From Phycisphaeraceae bacterium (GTDB taxonomy: Bacteria > Planctomycetota > Phycisphaerae > Phycisphaerales > Zrk34): a stretch of DNA of 17,520 nucleotides. Each line of letters starts with the position of its first letter. Position 1 is the first letter of the stretch. The stretch lies in assembly GCA_040905565.1 (NCBI GenBank), contig JBBDRF010000073.1, positions 1-17,520 on the forward strand, in the 5' to 3' direction. Of this stretch, positions 8,452 to 17,520 are shown one piece after another. Under the pieces are notes generated by a model, which worked only from the letters and a program-made list of their open reading frames with translations, was not told the DNA's origin and made no database searches. The position numbers and the translations under genes were made by a program.

Positions 8452-9687
8452 TTATTCGCTGTAGAACTCGACGAGGGCGGTGTTGGCGTGGCCACTGGCG
8501 GGGCTGAGGTAGCGGACATAGCGGAACGATCCGTCGCTCTTCACCGGGCGTGCGGTGATGCCGCCGATGTCCTGCCAGCCCACGCTGTACAGATCGACCG
8601 CGTCGCTGAAGTCGGCCTCGTTGGCGCCCTGTAACTTGCCGCCGACCATCCGGCCGGCGTGGCCCTGCCGGGGTGCAAAGCGGACGCCGATGATTTTGGT
8701 CCGCTCGCCAAGGTCGAGTCCGACCCACGCGCCGTCGGCCTCGGGGGCATCGAAGAAGGTTTCGGTGTCGCCATCCAAAGCTTTGTCGCGGGTATTACCG
8801 CTGTTGCCCCACGCCCCTTCGGTGCCGATGCTCTCGCCGACAACCCGCTCGGCCGCTTCGTAGGCGAACGGTTCAGCCTCGACGAGCCCTTCGCCGGTGC
8901 CCTCGTAACCGGGCAGCGGGTCGCCCTGTTCGTCAAGTTTCTCCACCGACCAGAGCAGCCCGCGTGCCACCACATCGAGGAACACGGGATGGGCGACGGT
9001 CGGATTCGAATGCCCCACCGTCGTGCCGAAGATGCGGGCCTTGCCGTACTGATTTGTCCATATCACCGTATGGTCTTCGCCGGTGTGCTCGCCGTAGGCC
9101 GTCGCGAGGGGCGTTATCTGATCGAACGATTCCCGGACGATGTAGATTTCATCCTGAGGCGTTTGCCAACCATCGGCAGGGAACCCGGCCATGATCGGAT
9201 GCTCGTCCGCGACGCCTTCAACGAGGAACGAACCGGCAGGCTCGTGGTGGTAGGTGTCCAGACCGATGAGATGATCCCAGTCATCGGTTTCCGCATCGCG
9301 GTAGCTGTGCATGGCACAGTGCAGAACGAGCGCCGGCGTGCCGTGGTCGTGATGGGCGCGGCTGAAGGTCTCCACGTAATCAACATCGCTTACCGAGGCG
9401 AAGCACATGTTGTAGATCACCAGGTCGAACGGCTCGTACCACTCGGGGTCATCGTATCGGCTGAGTTTGTGAGCGTTATCGCCGCCTGCTTCGTGGTCGA
9501 TGGTCCATTCAATGTTGGCGCGAGCGCCGAGGCCCTCGGTCAGGATCTGCTTTTGGCCTTCGTAGTCGTGGAATCCACCGCCGGTGATGTAGAGCACGCG
9601 AATGGGTTCGGCATCATCGGCTTGTGCGGCTGAACAACCGATGAGGAGAAATGCCGTTGCCAATAGAGCGCAAGTGAAAACTTTCAT
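8452..9687 (-). CDS. Secreted ThuA-like (class I GATase fold) domain plus C-terminal discoidin/galactose-binding-like domain
   Basis: Signal peptide with a possible lipobox (LLIGC). ThuA motifs LYITGGGFHDY, LHCAMHSYR, HPIM.GF, DEIY, WTNQYGKARIFGTTVGH, RGLLW. C-terminal ALDGDTETFFDA...WVGLDLG...RYVRY. AAGGA RBS. Confidence 0.8.
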   Translation of the reverse strand: MKVFTCALLATAFLLIGCSAAQADDAEPIRVLYITGGGFHDYEGQKQILTEGLGARANIEWTIDHEAGGDNAHKLSRYDDPEWYEPFDLVIYNMCFASVSDVDYVETFSRAHHDHGTPALVLHCAMHSYRDAETDDWDHLIGLDTYHHEPAGSFLVEGVADEHPIMAGFPADGWQTPQDEIYIVRESFDQITPLATAYGEHTGEDHTVIWTNQYGKARIFGTTVGHSNPTVAHPVFLDVVARGLLWSVEKLDEQGDPLPGYEGTGEGLVEAEPFAYEAAERVVGESIGTEGAWGNSGNTRDKALDGDTETFFDAPEADGAWVGLDLGERTKIIGVRFAPRQGHAGRMVGGKLQGANEADFSDAVDLYSVGWQDIGGITARPVKSDGSFRYVRYLSPASGHANTALVEFYSE

Positions 9688-9711
9688 CTACATTTCCTTG
9701 TTTTGAAGTTG

Positions 9712-9744
9712 AAAAGCGGGTGCGCCGAGCTAACGGCGCACCCG
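9712..9744 (-). terminator. Intrinsic terminator-like hairpin between two modular genes
   Basis: Perfect 11-bp stem CGGGTGCGCCG/CGGCGCACCCG with a 6-nt loop, followed by CTTTT on the minus strand. Confidence 0.6.
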
Positions 9745-9759
9745 TTGATAAGGTGAGGC

Positions 9760-10932
9760 TTATTCGTCTGATTTGCTCAGCAGTTCGACGTTGGCGATCT
9801 GCATGCTGTTGGCCGAGTCGGGATTCTGGACCTTGGGAAACACCACGCGGTAGCGTTCGTAGGCCTGCGCATTGTCGAAGGTGAAGGCCTGCACGGCATG
9901 GCGACCGCGGAAGCGATCGATCGTCCCGCTGGCAATTTCGGTCCATGCGCCGTCGCTGTCGGCCCCCTCGATGAGGTACGCCGCGGGGTCGCGATCGGGC
10001 GCATCGTTCGCGCTGGTGAGCCTGAGTGCGGTGACCACGGCTGCGCCGTCGAGGACGACCTCGAAACCACTGGGCTTATTGGCACCCTCGAAATTGAGGT
10101 ACTTGGTGCCTGCGTTGCCGTCGATCGCGTGCTCCACGCCCTCACCGTCGGGGGTATTGCCGGAAGGGATGGCGGTGACGCTGTTGCCCGGCTTGATTAC
10201 GTTCTTCAGCCCGGCATCAAGCTCAACAGGAGGCTCGGCGATCGCGAATGAATCGCCTTCGAGAGGCCGAACGTAGATGTTGCGATAGTACATGCGGCTG
10301 TTGGGATCGTGCGCCTGCAGGGCGAAGGTCCCGCTGGAGAGTCGCCGACTACCCTGAATATCGTCTTGTTTTTCGGTGTATTTCAGCACCGTTTCGTCAT
10401 CGACTCTGAGGGTGACGGTGTCGCCATCGACGATGATTTCGTAGAGGAACCATTCGCGATCCTTGTGCGGCGCATTGTCGAGGATATGGGCGACGTTGTA
10501 GATGCTGCCGGTCTTGATGCGATCGCTTTGGGTGGCATTGACCTGCGCTTCGTAGCCGACGCCTGGCCAGCCGCCTGCCTGCCACTGGGTGTGGAAGAAG
10601 ATGCCTGAGTTGGCCTGGGGATAGGTATAGACTTCAGCGCGGAAGTGGAAATCGTCGAAGTCGGCGTTGGCGACGGGCCCTTCGTAGAACAGGTGGCTGC
10701 GGGGGCCGTGGAGAATAATCTTGCCGTCTTCGATGCTGTAAACATCGGGATTTTCAGACGGGCGCCAGCCGTCAAGGTCACGACCGTTGAACAGGACATA
10801 CCAGTCGTGGCCATCGACGGTAACGGTTTTCGGCGCGTCGGCAGCGGTGTCCGCTTTGGCCTGACCGACGTTGAAGGAAAGGCCGACGAGCATGGCGATA
10901 ACAAGGCACGCCATCAAGTTGCGAGGTGGCAT
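9760..10932 (-). CDS. Secreted DUF1080 (3-keto-disaccharide hydrolase family) plus C-terminal F5/8-type discoidin domain
   Basis: LFNGRDLDGW, NSGIFFH, GYEAQV, KTGSIY, GTFALQAHDP and YRNIYV motifs; C-terminal AIDGNAGTKYL...TSANDAPDRDP. Start moved to 10932, which has AGGAG 7 nt upstream; signal peptide ends AKA. Confidence 0.85.
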   Translation of the reverse strand: MPPRNLMACLVIAMLVGLSFNVGQAKADTAADAPKTVTVDGHDWYVLFNGRDLDGWRPSENPDVYSIEDGKIILHGPRSHLFYEGPVANADFDDFHFRAEVYTYPQANSGIFFHTQWQAGGWPGVGYEAQVNATQSDRIKTGSIYNVAHILDNAPHKDREWFLYEIIVDGDTVTLRVDDETVLKYTEKQDDIQGSRRLSSGTFALQAHDPNSRMYYRNIYVRPLEGDSFAIAEPPVELDAGLKNVIKPGNSVTAIPSGNTPDGEGVEHAIDGNAGTKYLNFEGANKPSGFEVVLDGAAVVTALRLTSANDAPDRDPAAYLIEGADSDGAWTEIASGTIDRFRGRHAVQAFTFDNAQAYERYRVVFPKVQNPDSANSMQIANVELLSKSDE

Positions 10933-11003
10933 AAGCAATCTCCTGAGAATCATCGCCTTCGCGTTCATTCTCGGTTGGATTCATCATTTAGATCGGTCCC
11001 GTG

Positions 11004-11039
11004 CTCGACGAAAGCCTCTGTTCGAGAGGCTTCGCCGAG
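11004..11039 (-). other. Intergenic RNA hairpin (stabiliser or attenuator candidate)
   Basis: AAGCCTCT/AGAGGCTT inner stem plus a 7-bp outer stem whose G-U pair forms only on the minus (mRNA) strand. Confidence 0.45.
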
Positions 11040-11087
11040 GGAGGGACGCATTCAGGGCGTCGCGACTCGATTTCCCTTAGAGGGGAA

Positions 11088-12476
11088 TCAGTCGAGTTCG
11101 CGCACGTAGATGTTGCGGTAGTGGATGCGGCTGTTGGGGTCGTGGCCCTGGATGGCGAAGGTGCCGCTGGAAAGGCGACGGTTGCCTTGGATATCGTCCT
11201 CACGCTCGGTGTAGTCCATGACGGTGTCGCCATCGACTTTGAGGATGATCTGGTCGCCCTTGACGATGATTTCGTAGAGGAACCATTGGTGATCTTCGTG
11301 GGGAGTGTTGTCGAGGACGTTGGAGACGCCGTAGATGCTGCCCGTCTTGATGCGGTCGCCGTGGGTGGCGTTCACCTGCGCTTCGTAGCCGACGCCGGGC
11401 CAGCCGTTTTCCTGCCATTTGGTGTGGAAGAAGATGCCCGAGTTTGCCTGCGGATGGGTATAGACCTCAGCGCGGAAGTGGAAATCGTCGAAGTCGGCAT
11501 CGGCGACGGGCCCTTCGTAGAACAGGTGGCTGCGGGGGCCGTCGACGATAAGCGTGCCGTTTTCGATGCTGAATACGCCTTCGTTCTCCGAAGCGCGCCA
11601 GTTTTCCAGATCGCGACCGTTGAACAGAACGTGCCACTGCTGCTCGTCGATGGTGACGGTCTCGGGGCCTGCGCCGGCGTAGCCATCGGCGGCGGTGCCG
11701 TCGTCTTGAAGTTTCTCAACGCTCCAGAGCAGGCCGCGGCTGACGAGATCGAGATAGACCGACTCACGCATGGTTTCGTTGTGATGGCCGATCGTCGTGT
11801 TGAAAACGCGGACGCCTTCGTACTCGTTGGTCCAGATCACTTCGTGATGCTTGTCGGTATCCTGGCCGTAGGCGTGGGCGAGGGGGGTGGCGGTATCGTA
11901 GATTTCGGCGATTTCGTAGAGTTCGCCGCGTGGCGTTTGCCAGCCGTCTTCGGGGAAGCCGATCATGATGGGGTGTTCGGACTGCAGGGGCTCGACTTTG
12001 AAGGCGCGATGGGCTTCGTGGCGATGGCTCCGCATGCCGTGGAAGTGGAACCATTTGAGCGTGTCGGCGCGGAAGCTGTGGATGGCGCAGTGCATCATGA
12101 CCGCGGGCACGCCGTGCTTCACATGCTGGTCGATGACGCCTTCGACGGCCTCGACGCCGGGCGTTCCGGTGATGCAGAAGTTGTAGACGACGACATCGAA
12201 GTCGGCGATCCAATCTTCCTGCTTAAAGCGTTCGGGCCAGTGATCGGAGCGGTTGCCCGCTTCGTTCTCGATGGTCCATTCGATGTTGACGCGTGAGCCG
12301 AGGCCTTCGGTCACAATGGGTTCCTGGGCGACATAATCATGCCACCCGCCACCGGTAACGTAGAGGGCCTTGATGGCACCCGCCGTGTCCGCTTTCGCTT
12401 GGTCGACGTTAGAGAAAAGTGCGGTCATCGCGACAATTGCGATGATGGATAGCCCTACCACGTTGCGGTTGAACAT
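11088..12476 (-). CDS. Secreted ThuA-like plus DUF1080 fusion protein
   Basis: Start MFNRNVVGL at 12476 with AGGAG RBS; signal peptide ends AKA. ThuA motifs YVTGGGWHDY, MHCAIHSFR, TTIGH, RGLLW, then DUF1080 from LFNGRDL to GTFAIQGHDP. Confidence 0.85.
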   Translation of the reverse strand: MFNRNVVGLSIIAIVAMTALFSNVDQAKADTAGAIKALYVTGGGWHDYVAQEPIVTEGLGSRVNIEWTIENEAGNRSDHWPERFKQEDWIADFDVVVYNFCITGTPGVEAVEGVIDQHVKHGVPAVMMHCAIHSFRADTLKWFHFHGMRSHRHEAHRAFKVEPLQSEHPIMIGFPEDGWQTPRGELYEIAEIYDTATPLAHAYGQDTDKHHEVIWTNEYEGVRVFNTTIGHHNETMRESVYLDLVSRGLLWSVEKLQDDGTAADGYAGAGPETVTIDEQQWHVLFNGRDLENWRASENEGVFSIENGTLIVDGPRSHLFYEGPVADADFDDFHFRAEVYTHPQANSGIFFHTKWQENGWPGVGYEAQVNATHGDRIKTGSIYGVSNVLDNTPHEDHQWFLYEIIVKGDQIILKVDGDTVMDYTEREDDIQGNRRLSSGTFAIQGHDPNSRIHYRNIYVRELD

Positions 12477-12564
12477 AAGCGTGCTCCTGAAGAATAAAAA
12501 AACCTGTTTCACTTTATCGGGGGGGGTGAGGCTGTATGTGATTGGTGTCTGGGGGGATGTCATT

Positions 12565-12593
12565 ATGGTACCGCTGCCGATCTCAGCAGGCAA
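12565..12593 (-). promoter_or_regulatory. Sigma70-type promoter for the ThuA/DUF1080 genes
   Basis: On the minus strand: TTGCCT, 17-bp spacer, TACCAT, about 90 nt upstream of the ATG at 12476. Confidence 0.45.
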
Positions 12594-12753
12594 GAAAAGT
12601 TTGGTACTTGTGTGACGTGTGCCAGGGCGAGCCGACCCCGAAACCGGCACAGGACCCGCAACCCCCGGCCGTCTCACGGCTCGCTGGCGGGGCACCCTCG
12701 CCTCGGGGCTTCAAGGCCGCCTCAACGACGGGATTGAAAGGTGGATTGCATGC

Positions 12754-12805
12754 AAAAATGCTCAATGCTCGTCCCGGACACCGCCGTGGATGAGCATTGA
12801 GCATT
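12754..12805 (-). terminator. Intrinsic terminator after the PEP-CTERM genes
   Basis: 18-bp inverted repeat AATGCTCAATGCTCGTCC / GGATGAGCATTGAGCATT with one mismatch, ending in TTTTT on the minus strand. Confidence 0.6.
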
Positions 12806-12840
12806 GCTTGTTTTCCCACGCAGGCTGCGGGGGCATGATT

Positions 12841-13677
12841 TCATCTGCGACGGCGAAGCATCCACGCGCCGCCGAGGAGCATGAGCGTGGCGCTGGCGGG
12901 CTCGGGAACAATTGTGGCGTTCGCCGCAACGAGCCCGGCGTTGACGCTGGAGGGGAATTCGAAGCGTTCGCCGGCTTCGAGCACGATATCGTCCAAGGTG
13001 ATGAGCATTCGGCCCGCGCTGATGTCGTAGTCGCCGACCGAGGCGTTCCAGCCCGACGCCTGCAGGGCCGTCGCTGTGCTGCCGGGGTTGTTCCACTGGG
13101 CGGCCATCGGGAAATCCGGAGCGCCAGCCGCCCACTCCCACCAGGTGTCAGCCTGGACGGACATCCCCAGGCGCTGATCGGTGCTGGCGAGCGTGCCGCC
13201 GCCGGGCGTGGTATCCAGCCAGGCTTCGAAGTGGATGGCCAGGTCGGCCATGTTCGCGATGCCGGCAGGATCGAGCGTGGCGTAGTCGTACTGGACCCAG
13301 TCGACCTGGTTGCCGCCGAGCGCGAACGTGCCGGTCCCGGAATTGTGAAGGACGGCGGCGTTGCCGTTGGGATCTTCGGTGATGCGGATCGCCCGCAGCC
13401 CGATTGCCTGACCGACGGTGATGCTGCCGGCGACGCCGTGTTCGACCATGCCGCTGAACAGGAGGGTACCGCCGGTGCCGGGGACGGCGAGGGGATTGTT
13501 GGCGTCGATGATGATCGTGTCGTTCACAGCCCCGCTCATGTCGCCCGGGCCGCCGTCGATTACTTCTGAGGTTGTGCCGGGAAACAGCACCAGGCTTGCC
13601 GAAGCCGGCATGGCGCAACCGAGTCCAACAACGGCCGCCACGATGAGGCCGAGACGCTTATGAAATGATGCGTTCAT
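12841..13677 (-). CDS. PEP-CTERM surface protein, unknown core domain
   Basis: Signal peptide ending ASA; C-terminal VPEPASATLMLLGGAWMLRRRR; AAGGAG RBS. Confidence 0.9.
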   Translation of the reverse strand: MNASFHKRLGLIVAAVVGLGCAMPASASLVLFPGTTSEVIDGGPGDMSGAVNDTIIIDANNPLAVPGTGGTLLFSGMVEHGVAGSITVGQAIGLRAIRITEDPNGNAAVLHNSGTGTFALGGNQVDWVQYDYATLDPAGIANMADLAIHFEAWLDTTPGGGTLASTDQRLGMSVQADTWWEWAAGAPDFPMAAQWNNPGSTATALQASGWNASVGDYDISAGRMLITLDDIVLEAGERFEFPSSVNAGLVAANATIVPEPASATLMLLGGAWMLRRRR

Positions 13678-13767
13678 AGATGATCTCCTTTGCCCGGACA
13701 GTAAAGAATTGAGCAGAAGGCTTGAAGCTTGAGGAAGACGGCAGAAAAGTCGACCGCGGTCCGTTTA

Positions 13768-14499
13768 TCAATTGCGAAGTTGCATACGACGTTTGTTGCG
13801 GCGTCGTGCCGCCAGCACCATCATCCCGCCGAGCAGTACGCTTCCGGCTGCGGGTTCTGGGACGACCGTCGCGGTGGTGTGGGCGCTCGCGGGGAGGGTG
13901 ATCGTGGCGGGGGAAGCGAACCCGCCATAGAACGAAAGCGACACCCAAGTCTCAATGACGTAGATATTACCGGTAGTAACCACCTGACTTGCAGGCCCCG
14001 CGTTGAACGCGATGCCTGTGCCCGGTCCTGCGACACTGTCGAATATGCCGGGAAGGTTGCCGGAGAAGTTGTGCGTCGTCTGCATCCCCACGTCGGCGCT
14101 CTGCCCAGCGGCAAGATCGGCGGTACCGGTCAGTTCATGTTCCGCGGTATACGTGCCGGGCGTGCTCTGATACTCCTGCCCGACGTAGAACTCGATCGAG
14201 TGGGCGTTGGGCACCACGCCGTCGGCCGATGCCTCGTAGACCAGATTGGTCACCGTCAGATCGAACGCGTTGCCCAGATTTTCTGCATGAACTTCCCCGG
14301 TGAGCGAGCCCGTTTGCGTCGTGACGGAGAAGGGCTCAATAATCGAGACGCCTGGGCCCAGCGGCTGCTGCACCCCCGTCCAGCTAGGCGTGCCCAGATC
14401 ACCCTCCAGTTGCACCAAGGCCGCCTGCGCGGGCGTGATCGAAGCGAGGCAGGTGACTGCGACGATCGCCGCCGATATAAGAAGCGTCTTCTCACGCAT
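13768..14499 (-). CDS. PEP-CTERM surface protein, unknown core domain
   Basis: Start MREKTLL at 14499 with GAGGAG RBS; signal peptide ending AQA; C-terminal VPEPAAGSVLLGGMMVLAARRRNKRR. Confidence 0.9.
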   Translation of the reverse strand: MREKTLLISAAIVAVTCLASITPAQAALVQLEGDLGTPSWTGVQQPLGPGVSIIEPFSVTTQTGSLTGEVHAENLGNAFDLTVTNLVYEASADGVVPNAHSIEFYVGQEYQSTPGTYTAEHELTGTADLAAGQSADVGMQTTHNFSGNLPGIFDSVAGPGTGIAFNAGPASQVVTTGNIYVIETWVSLSFYGGFASPATITLPASAHTTATVVPEPAAGSVLLGGMMVLAARRRNKRRMQLRN

Positions 14500-14568
14500 G
14501 GGGTTCTCCTCAGCGGTAGATACGTCGAACAGCAAACTTCGCCCGTCACTCCGAGGGCAAGCGAGGCA

Positions 14569-14596
14569 ATTAGATCACAGCATGACCGCGTGTCAA
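14569..14596 (-). promoter_or_regulatory. Candidate promoter for the PEP-CTERM genes
   Basis: On the minus strand: perfect TTGACA, 16-bp spacer, TCTAAT preceded by TGn; the -10 is imperfect. Confidence 0.35.
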
Positions 14597-14951
14597 GTTT
14601 TTATAGTCGTTGCCCTTTATCCGGACGACCGGTTTTATACGCTGGTGCAGTAACAAAGATGCAAACCTTTGGTGCGCCTTGCTGGAGAGCGATCGCGTGT
14701 TGACGATTGCGAGCGTGATTCGGGTCGGCCGTGGGAGTGGGCTTGGCCGATGAGGCTGTGTTCGCTAAGATATCTGTCTCACCGCACTGCGGTTTACTGG
14801 GTTGTATGCTTTGCTTGAACAGGTTGCAGACGGCGCGGAGGCCGTGGCGCGGGGGCGCGACTGCCGGGCAAAGTCTGACTATCATTAGCGAATAAGCCGT
14901 CGCTGCGCTGCCGCGTCCCGCGCCAGACGTACCGACCGCAGGAACTTAGAG

Positions 14952-17520
<2,569 letters not shown>

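Noticed and set aside
12477..12695. 73-aa N-terminal extension of the ThuA+DUF1080 ORF
   Set aside because: The RBS, signal peptide and promoter all support a start at 12476.
12708..12740. CRISPR-repeat-like string GCTTCAAGGCC...GGGATTGAAAG
   Set aside because: Single copy, with no spacers and no cas genes in the window.
12560..12740. 6S RNA call
   Set aside because: Only 3'-half resemblance; no complementary 5' closing strand, and a plausible opposite-strand promoter occupies that position.
14857..14885. aceE promoter (TATCAT at 14880-14885)
   Set aside because: The -35 match is too weak to support a call.

Overview
GC-rich bacterial chromosomal window. A Planctomycetota/Phycisphaerae-like origin is inferred from the PEP-CTERM and ThuA/DUF1080 content but is not proven. 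Left to right: (1) a degenerate B12-binding-fold gene on the minus strand, missed by the ORF track, with its stop cut by the window edge; (2) a divergent 450-bp regulatory region; (3) the imuA-imuB-dnaE2 mutasome cassette; (4) on the minus strand, a small DUF5522-like Cys-rich gene, prfC (RF3), three tandem secreted modular proteins and two PEP-CTERM surface proteins; (5) divergent aceE (PDH E1), running off the right end. The most interesting element is the trio ThuA+DUF1080, DUF1080+discoidin and ThuA+discoidin. It covers all three pairwise combinations of three modules and shows sequence traces of recent domain shuffling. Also notable are an apparent compensated double frameshift in imuB and a near-leaderless imuA promoter overlapped by an alpha-LexA-like direct repeat. 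All family calls come from motif recognition by eye; no searches were run.
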